From assembly GCA_963788655.1 (NCBI GenBank), contig CAWBHS010000017.1, forward strand, positions 14,353 to 78,352: 64,000 nt of DNA. The letters are read 5' to 3'. The notes under the pieces were generated by a model. That model did not search any database, was not told the origin of the DNA, and was given only the letters and a program-made list of their open reading frames with translations. This DNA is from an uncultured Verrucomicrobiae bacterium. Its GTDB lineage: Bacteria > Verrucomicrobiota > Verrucomicrobiia > Limisphaerales > JAFGQR01. Shown one piece after another: positions 41,773 through 52,893 of the stretch. The position numbers were made by a program, and so were the translations under genes. Each line of letters opens with the position of its first letter. Position 1 is the first letter of the stretch.

Positions 41773-43467
41773 TTAGCGGCGCTTGAGGATCATGTTGGCA
41801 AAATTGATGGCCAGCGGTTTGCCGCGGACATTGGTCAGGAACACCAATTCCTCGTCCGCATACATGCCTTCCGGCAGGGCAAATACATTCCGATTCACCG
41901 GCGTGAGACGATAATCGACCATGTTCTCGGTCATCGCGTAGAGATGGCCATGCCGGACGCTGATGACGACGGGGATGATGGAATTCCCATAACTGCCGCA
42001 AAAAGCCTTCCAGGCTTCGGGGACTTCGGCAACATGAGCGGCCACGCGCGTGAACTTCTGTCCCATCGTGAAACTGCGGATGCGCCCATCGGAATCACGT
42101 TCGAAGCTGACCGGCGTGTCGTCCTCCAATCGTCCATTGGCGACAAAATTAGTAGTCCCCACCGCAACGAGGCGCACCGGTTGACCGGAGACATTGGCGC
42201 GCAGTTCTCCATCGGCGACCTCAAGATGTGCCCAAAAACTTTCCGATTCATAGTCACCGGTGAACGCGGCCAACTCGTTCGCCGACACGGTGAAGGGCGC
42301 CAGCTCAGCCGGCGGTTTCTCACCGAGCTTGGTTTCCAACAGCAGCGACATGGCTTCGAGTGTCAGTTTGCGCACCGGCCCAGTCACAATGTCTTCGTTG
42401 GCCAATACCACTACGCCGAGTTTTGATTCCGGCAGGAAGAGAACCATCGAGGTAAATCCAAAGACGGCCCCCAGATGTTGAATGGTTTTGTGCGCGCGAA
42501 ATTTGCCGGCGAAAAAGCCCATGCCAAACCCAGTGTCCGTGTTCACCAATTGCGGAGTGAACATCTGCGCGAATGAGGCCGCGGAAACAATCTGCCGTTC
42601 ACCGGCGCGCCCGTTCGCCGCCAGCATGGAAAGAAAACGCGCGAGATCTTCCGCCGTAGTGAACAGGTTGCCGGCGGGAATGGTACCCAATTCGAACAGC
42701 GGCGTTTGGCGATTCACAAAACCGCCGTGTCCATCGGTCACCCGCATGTAACTGTCCATCACGCGCCCCCGCGGCACACCCTTCAGACGATACGACGAAC
42801 TGGTCATGCCGATTGGTCCCAGGACGTTCGCTTGCTGATAGGCGTCATAATCCAGCCCGGCCACCGTGCTCACCGCCAAGCCGGCGAGACTGGCCCCAAC
42901 GTTTGAATACCGCGTTTTCGTGTTGGGCGGATTGACCAGCACACAAGACTGCAAGCTGGCAATGGTGTCCGCGAGACTGGGCGCGGAGACATCCATGTAG
43001 CCGCCAACGGGCGCCTCGCGAACCATCCCCGAACGGTGGCACAGCAGTTCGCGCAAGGTGATGGGCGGGGCGCCCGGAAACGGGTTCACAATTGAGAACG
43101 TTGGGACATAACGTTGCACCGGCGCATCCAGGTCAAGCTGGCCGGCCTCGACCAATTGCATCACGGCCACGGCGTTGAACAGTTTCGAGATCGAACCACA
43201 GCGGAAGATCGAATCCTTTTTCGCCGTGCCGAAGCCAGTGGCATAGACGGTCTGCTGATCGTCCACCAAAGCCACGGCAATTCCCTGAATATGGTGCAGG
43301 TCCATTTGCGCGCGCACGGCTTGTTCCAATCGGGGAATGACCGCGGAGTAATCCAGTTTCGATTTCTCTGCGCCAAGGGAAGCAGACGCCGCTACGCAGC
43401 AGGCGCCGATCGTGAGCAGCATTGGAGCGAAGGAGCTGATTGGTTGCATGGTGACTTGATGGTTCAT
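41773..43467 (-). CDS. serine hydrolase, beta-lactamase class C family
   Basis: SISK, LLCHRSG, YSN, HLG motifs; signal peptide. Confidence 0.88.
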   Translation of the reverse strand: MNHQVTMQPISSFAPMLLTIGACCVAASASLGAEKSKLDYSAVIPRLEQAVRAQMDLHHIQGIAVALVDDQQTVYATGFGTAKKDSIFRCGSISKLFNAVAVMQLVEAGQLDLDAPVQRYVPTFSIVNPFPGAPPITLRELLCHRSGMVREAPVGGYMDVSAPSLADTIASLQSCVLVNPPNTKTRYSNVGASLAGLAVSTVAGLDYDAYQQANVLGPIGMTSSSYRLKGVPRGRVMDSYMRVTDGHGGFVNRQTPLFELGTIPAGNLFTTAEDLARFLSMLAANGRAGERQIVSAASFAQMFTPQLVNTDTGFGMGFFAGKFRAHKTIQHLGAVFGFTSMVLFLPESKLGVVVLANEDIVTGPVRKLTLEAMSLLLETKLGEKPPAELAPFTVSANELAAFTGDYESESFWAHLEVADGELRANVSGQPVRLVAVGTTNFVANGRLEDDTPVSFERDSDGRIRSFTMGQKFTRVAAHVAEVPEAWKAFCGSYGNSIIPVVISVRHGHLYAMTENMVDYRLTPVNRNVFALPEGMYADEELVFLTNVRGKPLAINFANMILKRR

Positions 43468-43474
43468 CGACGGT

Positions 43475-44597
43475 TTACAAAATCTTTCCTAATTCATTCA
43501 ACACCCGGTCAATCATCTCCGGTGTGTGCAATGCGCAGACCGCGAAGCGCAACAGGCCTTCCGGGCCAATGCCGGAATAGGCCGCCACGTAGGGCACGAG
43601 AATGCCCCTGGCTTTCAGCTTGGCGTGAATCCGTTGCATGTTCGCCGCGTTGCCAGACTGCACACCGACGTTCGCGGTCGGCCAATCCTCGACGGCCAGC
43701 CCAAGCGCGCGCAATCCGCCGCGGAGTTGCCGGATATTGTCCTGCAAGCGTCGGCGCAAACCCGGTTCACGCAGGACAAGCTCAATGGCCTTGACGGTTG
43801 CGCCGGCAACGGCGGAAGGCGGCGCGCTCGCGCCATCGTAATAGTGCGACGCGGAACGAACCCGCCCGATGAACGTTTCGCTGCCGGGAATGATCCCGCC
43901 AAAACCGCCCATCGCCTTGGCCAACGTGCCGCCGACAAACAGGCCCACGCCGTCGTTATCGGTCTGGGCATTCACCGCGCTCGACCACAGACCCAGGTGC
44001 TCTAGCGAGCCCCGTCCGTGCTCACCCAAAACGACCAGGCCATGCGCATCGTCAATCATCAAAGTTGCCGAGCGCCCAGTCGGACAGGACACTCAGATAA
44101 TCCGCGAGGGGAGCGAGGGCGCCAGTTACCGGGAATACGCCGTCCGTCATGACCAAGGGCCGCTGGCCGGACTTGAGTTGCGCTTTCAGACGACGCGCCA
44201 AGTCCTCCGGATCACGATGCCGGAACCGAGTGATCGGCTGATGGGCCAAGCAGGCTGCTTCCGTCACGGAGTAGTGCGCCGCTTCGTCCACGAACACCCG
44301 GTCACATCGCGACGCAAGCGCCTGCACCATGATATGGTTCGCAACGTAACCGGAGTTGAAATAGAACGCCGCCTTCATACCGAAGAAGGCCGCCGCGCGT
44401 TGTTCGACTTCCAGCGTGGCCGGATTATTGCCAAACCCGGTTCGCGACGTAGCGGTGTGGATGCCGTAGCGGCGGGTGGCTTCGCACGCCGCTTCGATGA
44501 CCTCCGGATGCGCTGCCAGTCCCAGGTAACCGGTGCCCCCAAAATACAGGTAGCGTTGCCCATCGATCACCGTCTCCGCGCCGGGCGGACTTTCCAT
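43475..44597 (-). CDS. class II PLP enzyme, 8-amino-7-oxononanoate synthase-like (frameshift near 44075)
   Basis: GYLGL, SGYVAN, TDGVFPVTG, DDAHG, GTLAKAMGGFGG. Confidence 0.82.
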
Positions 44598-44631
44598 GAC
44601 GGACGATTGTTTGAACGCGTCTTTCAAAAAG

Positions 44632-45699
44632 TCACTTTTCTCCGCCGGGTTTGCGACTTTGTTCGACGAGCAGCTTTTGTAACTCACCGAATGACTTTGC
44701 CTGCGAAGCGCTCTCGACTGATTTCTCGGCAATCTCCTGGACCTTCTGGTAAGCCGTCTCAAGCTGGCGGGACAGCTTGGTGTTGTTATCCGACAAGTCT
44801 TTCACGGTCTTTTCCAGGGATTCGATGCGCGCCGTCATGACATTCATCTGGCCTTCGGCTTCTTTCTTCAGCAAGTCTTCGCGGTTCTTGGCTTCGAGTT
44901 TGAGCCGGTCGCTAACGTCCTTGACGGCCTTGTCCACGTTGGTTTGGAGTTCTTTCGGAAATGCCTCGGCCTTGGCGCGCAACTGATTGAACTCGGTTTC
45001 CTTTTCGGCTACACGATGTTCCCGCTCGGTCAGTTCTTTTTCAGCGGTTTCCTTTTTCAGCCGGAGTTCCTTTTCCAACGTGGCCTTCTGGTCGTTGAGT
45101 TTGTCCAACGCGGTTTGTTGGTCACGTTTGAAGGCATATTCGAACTGTTCTTTTTCGCGGTCGCGGGCTTTCTTCTCGGCGGTGTCGCGCTCGCGGACCT
45201 CGGCCTCGTGGGCCTTCCGCTCCTTCTCCCATTCATCGTGCGCTTCGTTGATTTCGCGGATCAACGTCTCGCGCTGTTGAGCCATGTCGGTCTCGAACTC
45301 CTGGCGTTTCTGATGTTGCGCTTCGATGAGCGCCGCCAGACTGGACGCATTCTTCTCGATGCCGTACAGCTCCTGCAATTCGCTTTGCTTGCTCTCGACG
45401 GCCTTTTGGAGGCTCTTGAACTTGTCAGCTTCGACCGCCAGCTTTTCCGAAACCTCGGCCAGCATCCGCGTGATCTCGGACTTGAGCGTGCCAATCTCGC
45501 GGTCAATGCCCTCCGGCGCCACCGAGGCGGCGACCTGCGTGGCTTCAACGGCGGCTTTTTCGGCCAGCTTCTTTTGCGGATTCAATTCGGCGGCGCGCTT
45601 CTCCTCGAGTTGTTGCACCAGGGTGCCATAGGCCTCGAGGATTTCCTGCTTGGTGTTCTTGTCGGAAATTTTCTTGGGATGGGTTGGTTTGTCGGGCAT
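44632..45699 (-). CDS. long coiled-coil protein
   Basis: E/K/Q-rich heptads; KNTKQEILEAY start, LQELYGIE. Confidence 0.8.
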   Translation of the reverse strand: MPDKPTHPKKISDKNTKQEILEAYGTLVQQLEEKRAAELNPQKKLAEKAAVEATQVAASVAPEGIDREIGTLKSEITRMLAEVSEKLAVEADKFKSLQKAVESKQSELQELYGIEKNASSLAALIEAQHQKRQEFETDMAQQRETLIREINEAHDEWEKERKAHEAEVRERDTAEKKARDREKEQFEYAFKRDQQTALDKLNDQKATLEKELRLKKETAEKELTEREHRVAEKETEFNQLRAKAEAFPKELQTNVDKAVKDVSDRLKLEAKNREDLLKKEAEGQMNVMTARIESLEKTVKDLSDNNTKLSRQLETAYQKVQEIAEKSVESASQAKSFGELQKLLVEQSRKPGGEK

Positions 45700-45870
45700 A
45701 GGTCAATCCGTTTGTTGTCATCGTTGCGTGGAGGGAACGTTGCCAGCCGGAACGTGGGAAAGGAAGGCAAAATTGTGGCTGGGGAACGGAGCCCGCGCCA
45801 ATCCGTGTCCCTGCTTCTGCTGGCACAGCCGGGGGCATGGGGAGCAACCACTGGCGAACCGATTGTTCGT

Positions 45871-47037
45871 TCAGCGATGGACGTGGAAACAGTTGTGGTG
45901 GGGATTGAGTGCTGATGCTCGGCGCAAGAGCTGTTCACCTTCAGACTGACGGCCAGCATGGAGGTAAATGGTCCCGGCTTGATGGAAGAGACGCGCATCG
46001 ACAACTCCGGAAGCAAGGGCCTGGTCCATCGTGGACAAGGCTTCGTCATATTCCCCAGCGCGATCCAATGACCAAGCCAAAGCGGCCAAGGTCGCAAAGT
46101 TCTCCCGCAAGGCGAGGTCCTGGCGTGCCCACTTTACGGCCGCCGGGCCGTCCTGGACCACATCAACGTAATAATCGCAGAGATGATGGTAGTAATGAAC
46201 CTGCCCCTTCGCAACCGAAGCGAGGTAAACGTTGAGCGCCGCTTCGTAGCAGGCCTGCGCCTGTTCCGGTTGATTCAGGAGGGTGTAAAGCTCGCCCAGC
46301 GCTTGCTGGTATTCGGGTTTGGGAACCTGGGCAATGACCTTCCGGTAAAGCGCGGCAGCCGCGTCGTATTGGCCCTGGGCGCCGAGCAATTCGGCGTGGT
46401 GCTCGTCGATCAACCAGTAGCCGGGGTAAGCTTTCGCGGCGCGGGCGTAGTGAGCACCAGCCTCGGCAAACCGGCCTCGGCTCAAGTCCATGACCCCGCG
46501 CTGGAGTTCGAGCCACGCATAAGACCGCATTTGTTTGGCGGTCAGTTCGTCTGCGGCTTGGGCATAGAGATCTTCGGCGGCGGCGAGTTCACCCAGCTTG
46601 AATTTAAACCAGGCCAGGCGAGCCAGGTCGCCCCACGAGCGTTGTTCAGCGATGGCCTCTTCGTAGCCCCGAAGCGCGCGCTCATATTGGCCCTTTTGGA
46701 AAGCAACATCAGCCAGCAGCGACTTCGCCTCGGGGCGCACGGGTAGCGTGGGAACCATTTCCAAGTCCTCTTGAGCGGCGGCTAAACGGTGGAACGTCAA
46801 ATCAAGGTTGGCCTTCAGCAGACAGAGGTCTTCTCGCGGACCAACTCGGGACAAGGTGTCTTCCAGGGTGGCGACGGCCACTTCGAAGTGCGCCGCTTGC
46901 CCCGTCAGCGAGGCGCGGTGATAGAGGCGAAAAGCCAGGCGCGTAGCTTTCTCGAGGTCGGCGGGACGGTCCGCCTGGCCGCGTTCGAGTTCGACGATAT
47001 CTTGCTCGGTCCTCTGCAGTTCGGCCTGGTAATCCAT
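45871..47037 (-). CDS. tetratricopeptide repeat protein
   Basis: multiple TPR helices; follows DUF4331 gene. Confidence 0.82.
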   Translation of the reverse strand: MDYQAELQRTEQDIVELERGQADRPADLEKATRLAFRLYHRASLTGQAAHFEVAVATLEDTLSRVGPREDLCLLKANLDLTFHRLAAAQEDLEMVPTLPVRPEAKSLLADVAFQKGQYERALRGYEEAIAEQRSWGDLARLAWFKFKLGELAAAEDLYAQAADELTAKQMRSYAWLELQRGVMDLSRGRFAEAGAHYARAAKAYPGYWLIDEHHAELLGAQGQYDAAAALYRKVIAQVPKPEYQQALGELYTLLNQPEQAQACYEAALNVYLASVAKGQVHYYHHLCDYYVDVVQDGPAAVKWARQDLALRENFATLAALAWSLDRAGEYDEALSTMDQALASGVVDARLFHQAGTIYLHAGRQSEGEQLLRRASALNPHHNCFHVHR

Positions 47038-47048
47038 GGCGCGGTTTC

Positions 47049-48621
47049 CTACGGGCGCGCATGCGGTTCGGCCAGGTACGGAAAGTCCGCCAGAAAGTCT
47101 TTGTCGTTCTTGAGGGGATTGGGAGGCGTTTTGGGGACAATCGGGGCGTGCGCCCATAAGGACGGATCACTGAGCAGTTCGACGTGGTATTTGTGGCCGT
47201 TGAACTCAGCGTCCATGTCGAGGAACAACGCCAGGAACCGCGTGGCGACCTGGTCTTCGAGACGACGTCCAAAGGGCCACGTGCCGGTGGTGTCCATGTC
47301 AATGGCGCAGACGTTGGGTATGAAAACCTCGAACGGTCGCCGCAGCGGAATGTCCAGACCCTTCGGATTCCACGAGTCATCGGGCATGCGCAGTTGCTGG
47401 AAGATCATCTTTTTGACCCGCGGAAACGCCGTCGCGACCAGCGAGTAAGTCTTGTGGACCGACACCGGTGAATTGTCGTGGTCGAACGAACTTTGCAGGC
47501 CGAGGGCGGTGATGGACGGGCCAAAGCCCCAGCCGAGGTGGGCCAGCCGCTTGATGAAGTGGGGAGCAAGCCAGAAATTATTGGCGCCGAGCTGGCGACT
47601 GTCCTCCCGTTCGCTCAGCGCTGCATCGGCAAACGGTTGGCCATCCGTATCGACCAGCTTGTATTTCTTGAGTTCTTCATCGAGCGTAATGGCGTCAATG
47701 AGCGACCAAGGGTGCTCGATCCAAAAGGGATCGTCCGGAATGGTTTCAATTTTATCGGCCGCCTTGAGCACCCAGCTCTCGCCCCAGACGTTGACGATCC
47801 GGTTCTCCGCCGGGGACCGGGTCATGACCGCCAGCGGGATCTCGAGGATAATGGCGTTCACGTTTTTTCCGGCCTGCGCGTCCTCGCCACTATAAACAAA
47901 ACGGTAATTCCCGTTTTCGTCTTTCTTGAAGCGGTCGCCTTTCCAAGTCCAGGGACCGGGCGGCAGATCCTTCTTTACCCCCCGGCCCAGCAGCGGGTTT
48001 TGCGGATCAAAATTGAAAAGATCGTTGCCTTCCAATTCGAGCAGGGTTTTGGGAATGGGCAGTTCCCGCGCCTCGGTCATGGTGTGCGGGACATGGTAAA
48101 ACTGGGGCGCATAATTGATGGAGCGGAAGAACCCCGGCAGGTCGTTGAAGAACGCATCATCCCGGCCGCCCACAAACGCCCGAATCGTCTGGCCATCGGG
48201 GGTTTTGATTTCCTGCACCTTGTCGGTTTCCAGCGTGGCGGCAAAGTTGCCGGCCGGGAAGTTGAGGAACCGGAGCGTGACGCGCTGGGCGGCATCAACG
48301 GTAACCCGGACCTCCAACGTCTTAAGCTGGCCGAGGTATTTGTTTTTGACCGCCTCCAAATACCGGCAGCAGGGCCGGCAGGTTGAAATCTTCTTTCGGC
48401 CACGCCACTCGCTGGTGGGCCGCGATTTGAATCCGGTACAGCATGTCGGTATCCAGCTCGCCCGCCGCCGGCACCGAGGCGAAGGTCAGGGCGATGACGG
48501 CTTTCTCGCCCCCTTGGACATCAGCACTGGGAAAGCCAAACAAATCGTAGAGGTCGGCGGCGCTATGATCGATGTCAGAGAAGATGGAATTTACCGCGTT
48601 GGGGTCATTATGGTCGGCCAT
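47049..48621 (-). CDS. DUF4331-family protein (frameshift near 48365)
   Basis: ADHNDP, ADLYDLFGF, GGRDDAFFND, NVNAIILEIP, GRRLEDQV, FPYLAEP. Confidence 0.82.
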
Positions 48622-48706
48622 GGAATCCTTTCAAATGTGGCTCCTTACGGGGCTGGATAAGTTAGCAGCCAAGTCATGTCACGCATCACGTGTTTGCATT
48701 GCCAGG

Positions 48707-48735
48707 ATTATCTCTGGTTAACGACCGAATGTCAA
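48707..48735 (-). promoter_or_regulatory. sigma70 promoter for DUF4331 operon
   Basis: TTGACA-N17-GATAAT. Confidence 0.6.
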
Positions 48736-48771
48736 GCGGCCCGGTTCGGTCAGCCGGTGGATGAGGCATCT

Positions 48772-49470
48772 TTAATCGGTTGATTGCGGAGTGGGAGAAT
48801 CAACGAGATGACATCGGCTCCTTCGGATGATGGCCACCGCCGCCAACATGGCGCCCAGATGCGCTACGTGCGGCAAATCGGGGTTGCTGGGAATGATGAC
48901 CAGCAGGACCGCGACTCCCAGCATGAGCCACATCCAATACTTTGCGTTCACCGGGACAATGCGCCCCAGGCGTCCGCTTCGCTCGGAGCGGATGAGGCCA
49001 AAGGCCATCAGAATCGCGCTAGGACCGATCGAGGCCCCATCGACCGGACCCCCGTAGCGGTAGCGGATGAAACTGGCGACCGACTCGATGGACTCGGGCA
49101 GCAGAATGCCCATCAAGGCCACCCCACCTTGCAACAGGGCCCCGGCCAGCGAGGTGCCGAGGCAAAACCACAGGAAACGCCGGGAACCAAGTTGGGCCTC
49201 GACCGCCCGGCCGAGAAACCAAAGACAAGCCAAGTTGACCAACAGGTGAATCGGGCCGCAGTTCAGAAGCTGGCAGGTGAACAATTCCCAAAGATGCCCC
49301 GACTTCATGCCATACCAGCTTAAGGCGAGGTAGGCATCATACGGTTTTCCCAGGTGAACGATCACCACTTGCTGCGCGGTGAAACACAGCACCAAGATGA
49401 GTATCCAGAGGGTGGAAAGGCACCAAAAAGGCAGGCGGGCGCGAGCATCCGTTGGGGGCGCGACGAGCAT
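48772..49470 (-). CDS. rhomboid-family intramembrane protease
   Basis: HLLVNL..LWFLG, DGAS, AHLGAML. Confidence 0.8.
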   Translation of the reverse strand: MLVAPPTDARARLPFWCLSTLWILILVLCFTAQQVVIVHLGKPYDAYLALSWYGMKSGHLWELFTCQLLNCGPIHLLVNLACLWFLGRAVEAQLGSRRFLWFCLGTSLAGALLQGGVALMGILLPESIESVASFIRYRYGGPVDGASIGPSAILMAFGLIRSERSGRLGRIVPVNAKYWMWLMLGVAVLLVIIPSNPDLPHVAHLGAMLAAVAIIRRSRCHLVDSPTPQSTD

Positions 49471-49482
49471 GCCGGGCAAGCC

Positions 49483-50680
49483 CTACGGATTGGTCCGCTT
49501 GGTGCGGACCACCACCAGCGCGTTGGCCGAGGGACGTTCCTTGCCGCGTTGCGACGGACTGTTGACAATGCGGCCGGCCAGCCAGGTGGCGCACGAGCCG
49601 CCGCCGTCCAGGTTGAGGGCGTAATCGCAGCCCAGTTCGACGCAGTAATCAGCCAGTTCGGCCATGGTCATGCCCATGGAGTAGCGCGGCTGACGACCAT
49701 CGGCCTGCACGAAGAAATAATAACGGTCGTTCCAGCCGAAGGCGGTGCGCGGGTCGCGTCGCTGGAAACCGGGAAATTCCCGTGCCGCGCGCGCCTTGCC
49801 TTCACGCACGAGCGAAGGACCGCCACCAATTGCCAGTTTGGCCCCGACGAGGTCGGGGGTGGTGGCGGTGGAGATTTGAAGTTCCATGCCGACGGTCAGC
49901 GGGGGAAGTCGGTTGACGGTTTTCGAGGTACAGGGACAACACCATACCGTCGGGCTCAATTCGTGAAAAGCCCCGCGGATTGACGCGGCGGACCCGGGCA
50001 TTGAGGGTTTCGCCGATGCGCAAGGGAAGCCATGGTTTTTGCCCGCAGCGCTCGAGGATCAGGTCGGTGCCTTCCACGCCGGTGGTCAATCCAACCGCAC
50101 TGGTGTAAAGCACGGCCCGGTCAGCCTCCGGGTATTCGTTGAGGCCGATCGGGGAGGTTTTTCCATTGGGCCAGGTGACCGTAAAGGCGGCTACGGCATT
50201 GGTGAGATGCGGCTGCCCCTTGGCGTCCAGATAGAAAAAGGCACGATCCTCACCGGGGCCGCTGACCAGTTCGCCGCCCCGCAGGATTTGCAGGTTCCGG
50301 GGATCGCCGATGAACGGGCGTTGGACAAAGAAGTAATCGCCATTGATTGCGGCCACGGATTGTCCGATCGACGGTTTGATCGAGCGCACTTGTTCGGACA
50401 GCACGGCCACGCCGATCCGATCGACGCCGCCCAGGGTCGTGTATAATTCGAGGTCCGGTTGGGAGCGATCGATGCGGACCACGTAAACCGCCAGCGGAAC
50501 CCGCGGTTGCTCGTCGCAGCAGTAAGCCAGTCCGGGGCCTTGTTGTTTCCAGGAGCGGCTCGCAGTGGCGGCCCGGCCTGACCAAGCCGCCAGAATCCAG
50601 CCCATCGCCAGGGTCAGCCCCAATAGCCTCCGGGTCGTTCGGGAAGCTGGCTTAACCGATACGTTGTCGCAATTCGTCAT
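49483..50680 (-). CDS. phosphodiester glycosidase (NAGPA/DUF2233) family protein (frameshift near 49930)
   Basis: AINGDYF, PRTAFG, DGRQ, ALNLDGGGS, ERPSANAL. Confidence 0.85.
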
Positions 50681-50760
50681 ACTGAGTTGGCCGCATGATC
50701 GCGGATGGGTTACGAAAAGCGAAGGAACTATTCACCGCAACGTGGGAAGGGCGATACCCT

Positions 50761-51516
50761 TCATTGGTTGGGCACGGCAATGTTGCGCCAGAGGTCAGTC
50801 ATGGCCCATAGATTGACCGGAGCGAAACTTGCCCCAAATCCCAGGAAACGCACGCTGGCGTCACAGAAGACATAATCCGAGCCGCCGGCTTGACTGTGCT
50901 TGCGGCCGCCAAAGTGGCTGCTCTGGTTGAGCCGCATAACGTCCTCGTAATCTTCGTAATCGAAATAGAAGTCTTCCGAGTCGTTCTCCTTTTCGCCGAA
51001 CGCAATCGTTTCCGACGGATACTGGACCCCCGATTCGGGCACCGGCACCCCGGCCGAACCCGTTTTGTAATAAGCCTGGAAGTTTGAGGGGCTGCTGGTT
51101 TTCACCCAGTCGTTCCAGCCATTGATGATGTACGAACGTGGGGCGCCATCCAACGGATATTTGACGGGATCACTCTTCGTCTTACCCGCGGTGGCCGGCT
51201 CGGCCGGACCGTCGGAGGGACAGACGAGGATCTTCGGATCAATGATCCCGCTCGCCATGCGTCCGGTCCAGCAGGGGGTGTAGGTGCGCAACGGGAAAAT
51301 GCCTTCATTATCGTCCACATACATGCGCAAAGCCAAACCCAGGTTGTGCATGTTGCTCACACACCGGATGCGTTTGCCACTTTCCTTGGCCCGCGACAGC
51401 GCGGGAAGCAGCATCCCCGCCAGGATCGCGATGATCGCAATGACCACCAGCAATTCGATCAAGGTGAACGCACCCCGGAACGTGACGACCGACACATAAT
51501 CTTGCTTCGTTCTCAT
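50761..51516 (-). CDS. prepilin-type N-terminal cleavage/methylation domain protein
   Basis: [31 protein letters not shown]-terminal H...YVFCD. Confidence 0.9.
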   Translation of the reverse strand: MRTKQDYVSVVTFRGAFTLIELLVVIAIIAILAGMLLPALSRAKESGKRIRCVSNMHNLGLALRMYVDDNEGIFPLRTYTPCWTGRMASGIIDPKILVCPSDGPAEPATAGKTKSDPVKYPLDGAPRSYIINGWNDWVKTSSPSNFQAYYKTGSAGVPVPESGVQYPSETIAFGEKENDSEDFYFDYEDYEDVMRLNQSSHFGGRKHSQAGGSDYVFCDASVRFLGFGASFAPVNLWAMTDLWRNIAVPNQ

Positions 51517-51834
51517 AGGAGTCCAATCGGGTCACCTGGAAGTGGCCGCTACCGACAAAGCGTGTTTGGTATCCAAAACAACTACTGCACCGGAGCGTAA
51601 TCTTTCCCACTGGGATGGTTTGTCAAGCGATTTGTCGCCGCCCGGGCAATGCCAATGCGTGAGTCATCGATTAGCACCGTGCTAGCGAACCACTACCAAC
51701 ACCCCTGTTGGCACCACGTCACGCTCCCGCGTAATAGTTACTCTTGGTGCGCGGCGCATCGGCTTTCCTGGCTTTTCTGAGCGATGCTGAGAGCATCGAC
51801 CCACGCGTTGGCCCAAATAGTCCGTGCCCCGGCC

Positions 51835-52560
51835 TTACTTTGCGGACTCCCCTGCGACGAGGACAACAAATTCCCCCTTGAGCGAACGTTGACGGGCCTT
51901 TTCGATGAGTTCCTGCGGGGTTCCTTGTAAGAACTCCTCGAATTTTTTCGTCAGTTCACGCGCCAAAACCACCGGCCGGTCCGGAAACACGTCCAGCAAT
52001 TCGCCCAACAGTCGTTCCACGCGATAGGGTGATTCGTAGAGAACCAGCGTGCCGGGAAGGGATTTCAATTGCTCCAATTTCTTGCGCCGTTGACCGGATT
52101 TGTGCGGCAAGAAACCCACAAAGTGAAACTCATCAGTTGCCAAACCGCTGGCGGTCAGTGCCCCCACCAACGCGCACGGTCCGGGAACCGGCTCTACGCG
52201 CAACCCGGCGGCCAAAGCCGCCTTCACCACCCGTTCGCCGGGATCGCTGATGCCCGGACTCCCGGCGTCGGTGACCAAGGCCACGCGTTCTCCCCGTCGC
52301 AGGCGGTCGATGATTTCCTCGCTACGCTTGGCTTCGTTGAACTGGAAGTAACTCAGCAACGGCTTCGAGATGCCGAAGAACTTGAGCAACAGGCCGGTGT
52401 GCCGGGTGTCTTCGGCAGCCACCACATCGCATTCCTTCAACACGCGCAACGCGCGCAAGGTAATGTCTTCCCGATTGCCAATCGGCGTAGCCACCAGGTA
52501 CAGCGTTCCGGGGATCAACGGCGGGAGGCTGGGCTGGTTCATTGGGCTGGTCGCTTCCAT
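51835..52560 (-). CDS. rsmI: 16S rRNA C1402 2'-O-methyltransferase
   Basis: LVATPIGN.EDITLRA, AEDTR, DAGSPGISDPG, YESPYR, RELTKKFEE. Confidence 0.93.
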   Translation of the reverse strand: MEATSPMNQPSLPPLIPGTLYLVATPIGNREDITLRALRVLKECDVVAAEDTRHTGLLLKFFGISKPLLSYFQFNEAKRSEEIIDRLRRGERVALVTDAGSPGISDPGERVVKAALAAGLRVEPVPGPCALVGALTASGLATDEFHFVGFLPHKSGQRRKKLEQLKSLPGTLVLYESPYRVERLLGELLDVFPDRPVVLARELTKKFEEFLQGTPQELIEKARQRSLKGEFVVLVAGESAK

Positions 52561-52561
52561 T

Positions 52562-52834
52562 TTAATAAACTCTCCCGTCATCGGGCGGAGATCCCTTCGC
52601 AATCGTGTTGGTCAATAACCGGCAGGACCAGATCAGTCCGGCCAGCCCGGCGACCGTGGCGACGATCCCGCCGATAAGAAGTTTGCGCAGGATCAAAGAA
52701 TCGACCCCGCTCCCGGGTGCCGCCGCTTTCCACGCCACGAAAAAACACAAAACGCCCAGTGCCAATACGGCCAGCGAAAACAGTCCCGTCAAACATCCCA
52801 GCGGGGTTGGTCTATCGGGAGTGCGATAAATCAT
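52562..52834 (-). CDS. small two-TM hypothetical protein
   Basis: two hydrophobic helices; co-oriented, abuts rsmI. Confidence 0.55.
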   Translation of the reverse strand: MIYRTPDRPTPLGCLTGLFSLAVLALGVLCFFVAWKAAAPGSGVDSLILRKLLIGGIVATVAGLAGLIWSCRLLTNTIAKGSPPDDGRVY

Positions 52835-52893
52835 GTTCAGGCCATGGTTGACTGCTTGGCAGCAGTATTCTTACGAAGGCTGACCCGTCCGGC

